Shown here in pieces: positions 27,222-40,400 of a stretch of 64,000 nucleotides of DNA. This stretch comes from Octopus bimaculoides (lineage: Eukaryota), in the NCBI RefSeq assembly GCF_001194135.2, contig NC_068981.1, positions 177,068,561-177,132,560 of the forward strand, written 5' to 3'. The translations under genes were made by a program, and so were the position numbers. Each line of letters starts with the position of its first letter. Position 1 is the stretch's first letter. Below the pieces are notes generated by a model. The model worked only from the letters and a program-made list of their open reading frames with translations. It did not search any database and had not been told where the DNA came from.

Positions 27222-27422
27222 GTTTAGCTCCAAGTAAGCCTAGATTGGGCAAATGTATAATCAAAAGCTTTCTAGTTGTGACAGTTCCATCATTTTGTAC
27301 ATTAGGGACTACCATAATCTAATATTCCTTTCCTTTTCTCAGGCAAGAAGTGTGTGAATCAAGGGAAGTTAGCTGCTATTTCTAGCATGCTGAGTGACCA
27401 TGTAGAAGCTCCCTTGTTGGGT
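27222..27422 (-). mobile_element. Dispersed repeat family F (probable SINE with (AAC)n tail)
   Basis: Shared blocks (agctgctatttctagca, tgtgatttaaggga) also seen near 8780-8850, 27600-27770, 32325-32460 and 38390-38460. Confidence 0.55.
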
Positions 27423-29430
27423 GGAATGATTTTGTGTTAATTTTCTTAGAGATAAATTAGATAAGAATTCATCTTACACTAAAGATGGAATGTACTAAAA
27501 AATTGTTAATTATTCTAGAATTCAATTTTCCAGTCTGTAATTAACTGCCACTGATATTTTAATGTTAAAATGACTCTTAAGCCATGAAGAGTTTTTTGTT
27601 GTTAGCCATGATTGAGCAGACATGATCACAAGGCATTTAAACCATTGCTGTTTTATCTTTCAGGACAACAATGTCTAAGGTATTCTTTCTATTTTCTTAA
27701 GAAGAGAGGGTGTAATTTAAGAAAGATTTTGCCAATATTTCTAAGAGATCAAGTAACCAGCCACACAGAAACTTATTTATTAGCCCAAGAGGCTTTTTGA
27801 AAGAGCTGGTGCTTAGCTCCTGTTTCGTTACATCAAATGGTTGCAAGATAAACCATCCTATTCTGTATTGGACATCAGAGTGGAGCAGGTGGTTAAGACT
27901 TATCTTGCAACATTCTAGGTAACATAACCTATTTTCTTCTGTAAGTAAGCAAGAGTTTACTTACTGGAAGTGTTTAACCTAAAAACGTAATGAATTACTT
28001 CTGGTAGATTTGAACTCATGAGTCATGATCAAGTATCCAAGTACAATTCCCACTCAGCCAGCTTGCCTCTACCACTGTCCTATTCTTTCTTATAATTTTT
28101 TGGTTCTTTTATTTTTCAGAAAATTGAGGAATAAAATTAATATTGTCACTGCTTTTTGGTGACTTTTTTTTTAATAGTCAATCTGTTAGGTTTTGTAATT
28201 ATTTTAGTTATCTTATCAGTTATCTTTATGCAATAAAATATGTTCCAAACTGTTAGCCATGACTAAATAACTGAATGGTAAGAAATCTTCAAAAGATTTT
28301 ATAGGCAAGATAATTAGGATCAGGTTGTCCAGTATATATATCAAATCTATCTTACTATCAAATCTGTCTTTTACTTTATCTTAATGTTCTTCCTTTTTAG
28401 ATAATGGTGGAACAGTTATGTAATTCCTGTAGTATTTTGGGGGTCATGAGAAGTTTGTCTTCAATAAATGCTTAACAACTACCATTTTGTTAATATCTTT
28501 GATGTTAATATGGTCGTCAACCTTTTTATAGCTGTGCAAGATTGTAATTATATTGGCTATTCTCTAGAGATCACTTTTACTATGCACAGAATAACATTAT
28601 ATCATTGGCAAATGATGTTGTAAAGTAGGGGTTAACCGTGACAGCCCCCAAATATGTTGATAACAAGTCCCAGATGGGAGAGAAAGAAATAATGAGGAAA
28701 CTTCAAGCATGCTTAGTTCAGTTTTAAGAAGGAAAAAAAAAAAACTACATTAATGTAGGTTTTCAAATCTAGAAACCCAAAGAGAAATAATTTATACAGC
28801 AATAAAAATTACTTTTGCTACTTAAAATCTATAATATTGGATAATGCAAATGCCATTTCTCTTCAACTTCAAACATTTTAATGGATTTTTCTAGTGAATG
28901 CTTTTAAATATTTTTTGTCAGACAATATTTGCAGTAAAAGGAATATAAAAAAAATTGTTTCATCGCATTAAATGCAGCATACTGGGTTTCACTTCATAAA
29001 GTTTCAGTAGAATCTGCCTTGAGTGGCAACATTTAGTGGTTCACTTTATTACTAAAATGAGATAATTATACTTTACATAATTCTAGTAGAATACACATAC
29101 AGACAAGTTTTTAATTATCATAAGGAACTATATAGCAAACTCTCATGACATATGTATGTATGTATGAATGTGTGTGTTTATGTGTATAGATATGTGTGAG
29201 TGTATGTATATATGTGTGAATGTGTATGTATATATATATGTGAATGTGTATGTATATATGTGTATGTATATATTGGTGTGAATGTATTATGTGTGTTTAT
29301 GTATGTATATGTGAGAATGTATGTATGTGTGTGTGTGTATATATATATATTTGTGTGAATGTATACATGTGCATGTGTGTGTGTGTATATATATATGCAT
29401 ATAGTGTGTGTGTATGTTTATGTGTGTGTG

Positions 29431-29461
<31 letters not shown>

Positions 29462-30725
29462 GAGAGAGAGAGAGAAAGGTTATGAGAGGCAATGGTGTCA
29501 ATAAGACCCGAAGGTGTCAGGTAATGTTGAGTAAGTGCTATGGATAGACCATAGTTAAGCTCCAGGTTCGGGGATTATGCGAATGAGGAGTCCAACGTAG
29601 GTCATATATCAGCATGTGTATATATAAAAATATAAATATATATATGGGGGGGTTTTTGTGTGTGTATGTGAGAGTGAAAGATGAGAAAACAGTATTTACA
29701 GGCTTTAAGTAATGTAAAGTATTTTTTTTCATTTCAATACTATTTCTTGTTTGGTTTACACAAAGTGTTCAGCTTCACTTTCTAGACTATCTGTTGTTCA
29801 TAGTTACTATTCAGCAGATATTGAACTCCACATCAGATTCTTGGTCTTTGTGGTTGCAACAAGTTAATACAAGTTTACTGAGGAATGCTTCATTAATCAA
29901 TAGACTAAAACACCTTTTATAGGACTGACTCTAAAATCGATATTCTAATTGATAAAAACACAAAAACAAGTTTGTTTTCATTCATTGCCTTCTCGTATAA
30001 CATTTTAACAGGTTTTTATTTTATTGTTTTAATGATAATTTAACCTTTAAATGGATTGCAATGAGTTAGGAAGGCAGCTGGCAGTGAAAAACATCAGACC
30101 TATATGCAAATGAGGAGACCTGAGTGATAATGGATATGCAGTTAGAAGAGATGAGGAAGACTAAGTTAAATATAATACTTCTAACAAACAAACAGTGGCA
30201 AGCCTTACAGAAAACATGGATTAGAAGAAAGCATTTGAAGCAATTACTTTACTGCACTGTTTATCTGACAGCCTCATCCTTAGTTTTACAGAATTCAGTT
30301 AAGGAGTGATGTACTGAATGCTATGCAGTAAATTATTAGTAATTTTAATTTGTTTTAGTTGGAAATGAAGCCAAATGAAAATGTCAAAATTTTGGGGATA
30401 CGTAAAAAAAAAAAGTCACTGGAAAATTGTCGTTTTTCATTTTAAATAACATTAATAATAATGAGGAATCGACTATTAAACTTTTCTGTCAAAAATGGAC
30501 ATTGGAACAGAATCAAAACTGAATATAGGAATAAATGCTTCTTCAATGTGTGTGTGCGTGTGTGTATCCCATTCATAGTTACCATCAACCACCCTTTCCC
30601 CTTTGTTCACTATTAATTCTGTTTACTACTACTCCATCACTTGCTCACCGTTCACTCTTGCAGCCTTTAGCCACCCCACCCTTCCAGATCTTCGATATAT
30701 ATATTACATATATATTATATATATG

Positions 30726-30780
<55 letters not shown>

Positions 30781-31636
30781 CAACAAAAGAATGAATGAGT
30801 CCTCAATATTATGTAAAATAGAAGAATTTATCTATAAATATAATATGTGACAATTAGATGGTTNNNNNNNNNNNNNNNNNNNNNNNNNNNNNNNNNNNNN
30901 NNNNNNNNNNNNNNNNNNNNNNNNNNNNNNNNNNNNNNNNNNNNNNNNNNNNNNNNNNNNNNNNNNNNNNNNNNNNNNNNNNNNNNNNNNNNNNNNNNNN
31001 NNNNNNNNNNNNNNNNNNNNNNNNNNNNNNNNNNNNNNNNNNNNNNNNNNNNNNNNNNNNNNNNNNNNNNNNNNNNNNNNNNNNNNNNNNNNNNNNNNNN
31101 NNNNNNNNNNNNNNNNNNNNNNNNNNNNNNNNNNNNNNNNNNNNNNNNNNNNNNNNNNNNNNNNNNNNNNNNNNNNNNNNNNNNNNNNNNNNNNNNNNNN
31201 NNNNNNNNNNNNNNNNNNNNNNNNNNNNNNNNNNNNNNNNNNNNNNNNNNNNNNNNNNNNNNNNNNNNNNNNNNNNNNNNNNNNNNNNNNNNNNNNNNNN
31301 NNNNNNNNNNNNNNNNNNNNNNNNNNNNNNNNNNNNNNNNNNNNNNNNNNNNNNNNNNNNNNNNNNNNNNNNNNNNNNNNNNNNNNNNNNNNNNNNNNNN
31401 NNNNNNNNNNNNNNNNNNNNNNNNNNNNNNNNNNNNNNNNNNNNNNNNNNNNNNNNNNNNNNNNNNNNNNNNNNNNNNNNNNNNNNNNNNNNNNNNNNNN
31501 NNNNNNNNNNNNNNNNNNNNNNNNNNNNNNNNNNNNNNNNNNNNNNNNNNNNNNNNNNNNNNNNNNNNNNNNNNNNNNNNNNNNNNNGAAAGATGGAGGA
31601 AGACAGATAGATAAATAGATAGAAAGATAGATAGAC

Positions 31637-31667
<31 letters not shown>

Positions 31668-31809
31668 AAGATAGTCACGTCAGAATAATAGTAGACTTAC
31701 TTGTAAAATAGGACGTGTGCGTTCAATAATGTAATAATACAAAGAATATATATACATGTATACACACATATATGTACATACTTACATCTACATGTGTATA
31801 TACATGCAT

Positions 31810-31966
31810 ATCAGGGTACAGGACGTTAGAACAATAAACTACAGACAACGGAACGAACACATAGGAAAACGGAAAGCCCCTTGGAATATCCCTTCATCAG
31901 CTGTCTCTATTCTATCTAGACGTTTCGAAGACCAGACAGGACGTACTCTAGAATAGTCTCTTCCTG
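31810..31966 (-). mobile_element. CpG-rich repeat remnant with hammerhead-like motifs (possible Penelope pseudo-LTR piece)
   Basis: Minus strand contains gtcttcGAAACGTC and CTGATGAAGGG; flanked by microsatellites. Confidence 0.35.
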
Positions 31967-33112
31967 ATATATATATGGATGCTGTAACACTTCCTTACAA
32001 ACTTTTTTGTGTCTCTTTACTCTGGATTCATTTTATAGGTATAACATTAATGTGGTTAAAGATTTTATTTGGAATTTTTTTAAAGGCATCAGAAATTTTA
32101 TTTATATCAGTTCTTTAAACTAGGCCATAATGGGTTGTTGTGATGTTCATGCTTTTCCTAAAAGCATTCTCAATATAATTGGAGTAAAAAGACTTCAGCC
32201 ATAATTTGAAACTCATTTGTAAACTCAGTTTCCTTTTTTTTTTTTTATTTCCCATACAGCAAAATTCTACACCATATACATCAATAATAGATGTTTCACC
32301 TTCTGATATACATGCAGCAAGGTAGATTCTGTGGTTGCTTAACCTGCTATGAATAGCAGCTAAATTTCCCTTAAATCACACTCAGCCTTCTTAAGGAAGG
32401 GATATTTCATTATGTAATGTAGTTTCATTTTTGATCATTTATCTGTTCAGTTATGGATCTAAACACCATCATGCACATGAATTAGTCGTGCATGACACTC
32501 GGAGCATAAGACAAAATTATTAATGTTTGTTACATAGGACAAAAATAGTTTACTGACCATTGGCATAGTGTGGCAGTGCAGGATGTGTAGGTTGCACAGA
32601 GTAGTTGCTTTTAGGTGGAGGAAACGCGTTGAAAGTAGGTTACATTTAAGGAAGCGGGCAGCCAATTTGGCTACAGTACAGGGTGGCCAAAACCCACACC
32701 ATGACACTGTTAGTAACTTCTGTAAGAAGGATATGATTTTTAATCCCTATTGTAGTTGTTGAATGATAGCTTAACTTGTACATACTTGATTCTTTTCAGT
32801 TCTTTCTCTAACAAGAGATATACCAGACTTTCAAAGGAAAAGTTAGTTATCTTTAATGGTTGCCATGTAACAATTTTAATGTTTGTTTGATGTAATCACT
32901 TTTTTGAGAAGGAAGGCTTGCAAAACCTTCAGTTAATAGCAGTATAACCAAACTCATAGCAAAGAGATTTGGTGAACTTCTATATGTATCAGCTGTAAAT
33001 GAAAATTGTGGTACACTACTCAAAGTTTACTGCTCAGTTTAATGCAGAAGAGGTTATCTTTATTGCAGTTGATCCCTATCTATTCATTATCTCAAAAGAA
33101 TAATCTCCACTA

Positions 33113-33520
33113 TACTCTTTTACTCTCTTTTACTTGTTTCAGTCATTTGACTGTGGCCATGCTGGAGCACCGCCTTTAGTCAAGCAAATCGACCCCGGGA
33201 CTTATTCTTTGTAAGCCTAGTACTTATTCTATCAGTCTCTCTTTTGCCAAACCGCTAAGTGACGGGGACATAAGCACACCAGCATCGGTTGTCAAGCAAT
33301 GCTAGAGGGACAAACATAGACACACACACACACACATATATATATATACATATATACGACGGGCTTCTTTCAGTTTCCGTCTACCAAATCCACTCACAAG
33401 GCTTTGGTCGGCCTGAGGCTATAGTAGAAGACACTTGCCCAAGGTGCCATGCAGTAGGACTGAACCCGGAACCATGTGGTTGGTAAGCAAGCTACTTACC
33501 ACACAGCCACTCTTGCGCCT
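33113..33520 (-). mobile_element. Full-length tRNA-derived SINE, family A
   Basis: Head aggcgcaagagtggctgtgtggtaag ... ggttcagtcc; CORE-like ccttgggcaagtgtctt; internal (TA/TG) tract; tail gactgaaacaagtaaaagagagtaaaagag. Confidence 0.9.
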
Positions 33521-35162
33521 ATGTACATTTCTATATTAAATTACGTCATCTCTTAATTGTTTCCAGACAAGATCTCACATTAATTGCTTATAAGTTGAGT
33601 GAAGACCGAGTGTATTGGCAGTTATAAGAGAGATAGCTGAAAATACAAGAGACAAATATTTATTCCCAGAGCATCTTTATATTTTAATATTTTCATATAA
33701 ATTATTTTGTCCATTGGATATTTGATAAAAGTATGTGTTTGTAGTTGGGATTTCTATAATGCACTTGACTCAACAAAACTCCCTTTTCCATAATAATGCC
33801 AACAAGAAACTCACATGCTTGCTAAAAATATGATCACATAAGAAATGTACAAAATATCTGATATTTAAACTGGTTTCTTCAAGATGTTTCTACTTGTTTT
33901 TTATAATTTTCTAGTTTACAAGTTTTTGTACACTGCGTTAAATATTATATGCTTCTCAACACATGCAATTACTGAAAAGTGCATGTAAAAGCACTAACGA
34001 GCCTTTGTGTATGTTTTTTTTTTATCATTTGTATATTTGACATTTTTATATATTTCATTTATTTATCATATATTTCTACTTCTATTTTCATCTAATCAAC
34101 ATAATTATCAAGCAGTCATAAATTAAGATAATTATCAAACATTTCAGTAGATTATTGATAGCTATATACATCATTAATGCAAGCTTGGAGGAAAGTAACA
34201 TGGGAAATAAAAAGAAAAAGTGTGAGTGTTTGTTAATGAATGCAGATCTCTTAGTCATCTATATCAGCCTGAACAATGGTTCATCCTTTTTTAAATTTGG
34301 TTAAATTTATTGATTTATCTTCTAATTCCATATTATTATCCTCCTAACAATATGTGCACTGAGTATTTGATTTGCTTTTGAAAAGGGAGATATGATGCTT
34401 TCCAAATGAATATAGTTTATCACAAGGATAAAGCTGCTAAACAGAACATTTCATTGCGAATGAATGATAGATTCACCAGCAGCCTGTTCGATTTTCATGC
34501 TTCCATCTATGGATTTTATCATTGAGTTGTTGATAACCTGTATTAAGCAAGCTGAAAATTCTTAAACAGTACACACAACCACATATGTGCATGCATACAC
34601 ACACACTCACAGAAAGGTATGGGATGGTGATTGACGACATATTCTTAATGTATTATTGAGTGGCTACAGCTTTTATAAAACTGATAAACCTGTTAGATTA
34701 GTGTAATTTTCTTTGATATACATAAAAATTTATTATTAAAAAAAATTGCAAGCTGAAATATTTGTTATTATTTTCCAAGATATCAAGAAAGCTAATTGTA
34801 TGTGTCTTAATTATTATAGTCTACTGTGCTGTGAAACTTCTACTAACCAACTGACAGTTATAGACTGCACAATGCAGCTACAGAAACTAATTAATATTTA
34901 GTTGAATATATCAGTCCCTCATTAATGAAACTACTTTCAGTTTTTTTTTACTTGGCGATCTAGTGGGGGGGGGGCTGATTTTTCTCAAACAGTTGGTTAT
35001 ATTATTAATTTGAACTCAGAATATAAAGAGCAACTATGCATTTTGTCCCACGCACCAATGATTCTGCCAGCTTACAGCAATAATAATAATAATAATAATA
35101 ACAACAATAATAATCATTTCTCCCGACTTGCAGTTCATATGGAAATGGTTTAAATTGTAGAT

Positions 35163-35387
35163 TTAACCCTTTAGCTTTTAAACTGGCCATATCTGGCTCA
35201 AATATTGTACTTGTTTTATGATCAGGACAAACAGATCTGGACTCTTACACCTACCCTACAATGTCATTCTCTAAATACACAATCACATCATTAAAATTTT
35301 AAAGCTACAAGATAGTGAATGATAAATTTAAAATGTGAATAAATAAGCATTATATTTGACAAAGTGATCTGAATGCCAACGGGTTGA
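35163..35387 (+). mobile_element. piggyBac-type MITE
   Basis: ttaaccctttagc ... gaatgccaacgggttga; same body as the 7327 and 45687 copies. Confidence 0.8.
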
Positions 35388-35470
35388 TATTCATATTTTC
35401 CTATGCTAAAATATTATTAAATCTAAACCTTAATTACAAACAACTGAGGAATCATAATCTGTAAAATAAA

Positions 35471-35518
<48 letters not shown>

Positions 35519-36701
35519 ATGTGCATGTGCATGAATTGTCCTCTTCCTACTCCCTTCTTTATTATTCCATGAAAATGCCTGGCAAATTCAGATATAGCTC
35601 ATTAAATTTTACACAAAAATTTCATCTGGGCCTATAGGATAATATAATTTCTTTTTTTAATTACAATGCCAATGTGGTTTCTATACTACACACACACACA
35701 CACACACTATCGTAATTGTAAAGACTCACAATAGAAACATTTTGCAGCTAAGTTATTTACTTGGCATGCATGTGCACACCCACACATAACCTAAAACAAA
35801 ATATTTTTATTTGATATTTTGTAAAACGAGGAGAATAGGAAACTATTAGTTATTTTACCTAAACAAGAAACTGAACTGACATTGGAGAGGAATTAAGAAT
35901 AAAAATGATTTTGGACTGGAATGCACAAAAATCAAATTAAACATTTTTTTTTATAGAAAATAATACTAATTACTCATTAATATTACATTTTATTTTAAGT
36001 TTTAATGATCAAAATGGATCACTGGTTTCTACAAACAAACAACAACAAAAAAGTAACAATATTTCCTTAATAATACAAAAAGATTGTTCAGATTGCAGGC
36101 ATACATTTGTATATATGTATTTATCTATTATGTTTAAATAACACTAAATTATTGCATGAAAAATATAAAAGCTTTAATTAATAATTAATGAACGTATTTT
36201 TGCTTTTTCCTTTTTTTTTTTTTCCTTTGGCAAGAATATTATTAGAAATAAATTTAACTCAATATTAGTGGAGGGATTAATCTAATTATTCTATGTGAAC
36301 AATGTGTTAGTATTCACTGTAAACATTATGATACTAATAAGCATTCATGTAAATAATTCATTAAATAGTACACAAGCATACAAAGATGCACATGCACATC
36401 GCTCACACTGAGAGATTTCACAAACAGAATGATAGATTAGCAGGAGACAAATTCCTGAGGCTTGAATGAAGTGTTTGTGTCTTACAAAGGTTCAGGCTCT
36501 GCAGCTGCTAACAAAAGATAGTGGAACAATATTTTGTGAATGACTCAGCAGATAGACAGCTGGCAGAGGCATTGCTTGATTCCTTTCTCTGGAACAAGAC
36601 CATTTTTTTTTTTAATGGTTTTCTTTCTTAAGTACTGGCATTGTTAGTGTGAAGCTGAAATAGTACTATAGCCAAATGATGATGATGATGATGATGATGA
36701 T

Positions 36702-36974
36702 AATTCTTTCTACAATAGGCACAAGGACTGAAGTTTTGTGGGAGGGGACTGGTTTATTATATTATATGTAACTGGTACTTATTTAATCGCCCCCCCCCCC
36801 GAAAGGATGAAAGNNNNNNNNNNNNNNNNNNNNNNNNNNNNNNNNNNNNNNNNNNNNNNNNNNNNNNNNNNNNNNNNNNNNNNNNNNNNNNNTTGAACTC
36901 AGAACATAGCGGTGGGTGAAATACCACTAAGCATTTCGTCCAGCAAGCTAATGATTCTGCCAGCTCCCTGCCTT
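36702..36974 (-). mobile_element. SINE family B spanning an N gap, between (GAT)n and (TAA)n tracts
   Basis: Tail and head both match the 48013 family. Confidence 0.85.
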
Positions 36975-37029
36975 TAATAATAATAATGATAATAATGATA
37001 ATAATAATAATAATAATAATAATGTTAAT

Positions 37030-37220
37030 ACCAAGAGCTTTGAAAAACATATTAAGAATATTGGAGCTGCTGTCAGGCTCAAAGTGATCCAGAAGACAGC
37101 GTTGTTGGGTACAGCTCGTATTCTAAGGAGAGTATTGTCTCTTTGAATCACAGGAGAAGGCACTACTTGAAACCTTGAAACCAGTAATTAAGAACTAACT
37201 GAGAGGCTTTCAAAATAATA
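37030..37220 (+). mobile_element. 3' end of a Dong/R4-type (restriction-like endonuclease) non-LTR retrotransposon in a (TAA)n tract
   Basis: TKSFEKHIKNIGAAVRLKVIQKTALLGTARILRRVLSL* matches the QK..LLGTARILR.VL C-terminal motif; TAA repeats on both sides. Confidence 0.8.
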
Positions 37221-37363
37221 CCATTATTATTATTATAATTATTTCTTATTTTGGCATGAGGCTGGCAGTTTTAAGGAGAGGTACAAGTTGCACATATCAA
37301 TTCCAGGATTTGACTGGTACAATATTTTATTGATCCCAAAAGATGAAAGGCAAAGGCGACCTG

Positions 37364-37493
37364 GGTGTAAGAGTCCAGATCTGTTTGTCCTGATCATAAA
37401 ACAAGTACAATATTTGAGCCACATATGGCCAGTTTAAAAGCTAAAGGTTTAAATCTACAATTTAAACCATTTCCATATGAACTGCAAGTGGGA
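37364..37493 (-). repeat. Inverted local copy of 35121-35251
   Basis: 126-nt core (37364-37489 vs 35126-35251) with 2 mismatches by manual reverse-complement alignment. Confidence 0.92.
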
Positions 37494-40400
37494 TGTAGTC
37501 AAACTATTTTCAATTAGTGTTAAATAGTGTTGAGAACTTTTCTGTTTAGCTGCCACTTTCCAATTTCTTCAATTCTTATTCCAATTGATTTCATATTTGG
37601 TGTATTGGTGTAGTTTTGTAAGTAGATCATTGACATGAAATTCATTTTCGACATAAATCAATATGTTTGCAAATTTGGGGTAATTTTAGCCAATTGAAAG
37701 CCATAAACATATAGGTACCTGTTTCCATAGTAACAAACCAAGCTGCTTGCTCATGTAGTCATTTTTTGCTTAGATAGTGGTTATGAAATGAGCTAAAAAT
37801 TATAGCTAAATAGACCTTAAATTACGCACCAATTTTTTATTTTTTTTATTTTTGTATAATTATATAAATTCCTATGTGTAGAATACAAATTCACAAAAGT
37901 TTTTTGAAAATTCGATAAAGTTATGAGGGGTTATATGGTGTGCATAAATCAGAATTCCACCAATATTTCATTTTTTTTTTTACAGTTGACATGTCTAGTC
38001 ATGCACAAAATGACAGCTTCCAAATCTTGTTTTCTGACTGGGTAAAAATTATCAAACTTTAAACCTCTGTAACTTTTTTTTAAATTTTCTGGTAAAGGTA
38101 AATTATCTCCTTGAGATTAAGCTTGGAAAATTACATCAATACACCAAATTTTTAAATATTTGCTAAACTTAAAAATTCCCATAGGTGCAACCGAATAGAA
38201 AAAATCCATGAATTGTAGTAAAGGATGGTGGGTTACTGGAATCACTGGCGTGTCAGAAAAAGAATCCTTTATGCAATTACTCAACCTGTTAAAAATAGCT
38301 AACAAATCAGTGAATCCCACCAGATTATAAGATAGGACGCAATAGATTATGTGTATTCCTGGATATATTTTCCTTTACAAAAAAAAATGGTGAAGACTTG
38401 GATGTCTTTGGTCAGCTTTTGGTCATAAGATCTCTTGTCCAAGGCTGACCTAAGACTTCAAGAGTGCCTGTCAGGAGTTGCTGTTTGAAAGAGAGAGAGT
38501 AAAATAAATACCAAGGATATACTGATGACTGTTAAATAGACCAAATTATTGAGATAGTGACCAGTTCTCATTTTAAAGTTATCTAAACTAGTTCCAATTT
38601 ACAAATTGACTGTCAAACAGAAAGCTATGGTAATGTGCTGGTTTTGCATATTGCTGAGGATATAAGAGAAACATAAGTGAGGGATAATATTTTAACCCAT
38701 TTTGTTACCAGATTTCTATTGAAGTACACAACCTTTGTTTTAATTAATTTTGAAAATAATGAAAAATTTAGTAAAATAACTGTCTCAGACATGTTGACAT
38801 CAACAGGATTAAACATCCCCTTAGAACTATTCAGATTAAATGTGTAACTCATATTTAGGGTGAGAGAAAATAATTTTTATGTAACTCGGAAGGAAAGCTG
38901 GATTGATGATATCTATATCTAGCTGTCTCTCTATCTGTCTGTGTACAGAATAAGTACTAGACTTACAAAGAATAAGTCCTGGGGTTGATTTGTTCGACTA
39001 AAACCCTTTAAGGTAGTGCTTCAGCATGGCTGCAGTCAAATGACTGAAACAAGTAAAAGAATAAAAAAATACATACACGCACACACACATTGAAGATTTA
39101 TTTATATATGTGTGTGTGTGTGTGTGTGTATAAAGTGAGAGTATTGAAGATTTATGTATGCACATATATATAAATTTTCAATACTTTCACTCAGCCAATG
39201 TATCTATCCTATCTTGACTTATCTCTCTCACTTCTTTCTTTCTAATCTTCATTAATTTTACTCTTACTGCCAATATTTTCATGGCTACACCTCACTTCCT
39301 TCCAAATTCATCAGCGTACAGAGGGAGAGAGTTTTAGGTCCTCCTCCCATCTAAACTAACTAATTTTCTATCATTTAATTCTCCCTATCATGCTCCTCTT
39401 CTGCACTCCTTCTCACTTACACACCATCACACGCACATAATCCATATCCACATAATCCACTTCTACCAGCTTTCCACCACTCTGTTGTCTCTCAAAATAT
39501 GGCAATAAAATGCTTCTCTCTCAGTTAAATCCCCCTCCCATATCTTCATCTCCTCTCTGCTTCCTCTTCGCAGTAAATTGTCCATCAGACTCAGTTGTTG
39601 GTGGCTGTGAAATTGTCCTGTCCCAATCATAGCAGAAGAGATCAGACAGAGACATATAGACAGCAGGTTATGGGATGGTTCAATTATTTCCCTTCTTTGC
39701 TGACAACATCCACTTAACACACTCCTATCAAAGGTACTTTACCTACCCATTCCCATATTGTTATGTGGAAGCCAGTGAAAATAAATTTAACTGTCAAGTG
39801 TGATGGGAGGATATTGGGGGAAGGAGGGCTAAAGAGACATAAAGTTAGCTTCTGTGTGGATAGTTAGGTGTAATAGGCTGTCCCTTGGGACATTGAGATG
39901 GCAAAAGGATATGAATTGTATGGGGGAAAGGGGTGTCAGTAATGATTCAGCTTTTCAGTCCCAACTACTGTTTCCTCTTGTTATCTGACAGAGCTATAAT
40001 TGCATTTTAATCCATTTCTCATTTTTAAGATTACTTATTTTTTCCTAATTTTAAGTTTACATCAATACTTGTTTCAAAGTGAGCAGTCTCAATGCCAATA
40101 TAATTTAGTGGATGATAATGGAGCAAGTGGGAATTATGCTGTTAGCTGCCTTCTTTTTTTTTTTTTTTTCCACACACACATTTCAAACATTCTTGATCAA
40201 CTCCTACCAATTCACACAATATAATCATCCTTACTTGTCGTAATTTTATCCAAATTCAGGCTACATCAATCTTTCTGCACTGTTTATTTCTCGTGTATTT
40301 ATCTACAGATAGAGTTTTGGGATGAACCAGTGACTCCTTTATAATTTTTTTTTTCTTTTCATATATGGACTGTCAAAATAATAAGGCACTCTGCCAAGAG

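Noticed and set aside
30847-31678. Long ORFs of X residues (also 12444-13165, 44407-45048)
   Set aside because: Artefacts of N gaps.
32676-32691. Tc1-like terminus tacagggtggccaaaa (reverse-like end near 59461-59477)
   Set aside because: Only isolated short ends; no partner TIR or transposase at a plausible distance.
30104-36562. Octamer ATGCAAAT (30104), AP-1 TGACTCA (36541) and CAGCTG E-boxes as enhancers
   Set aside because: Short motifs expected by chance in 64 kb; no conservation evidence available.
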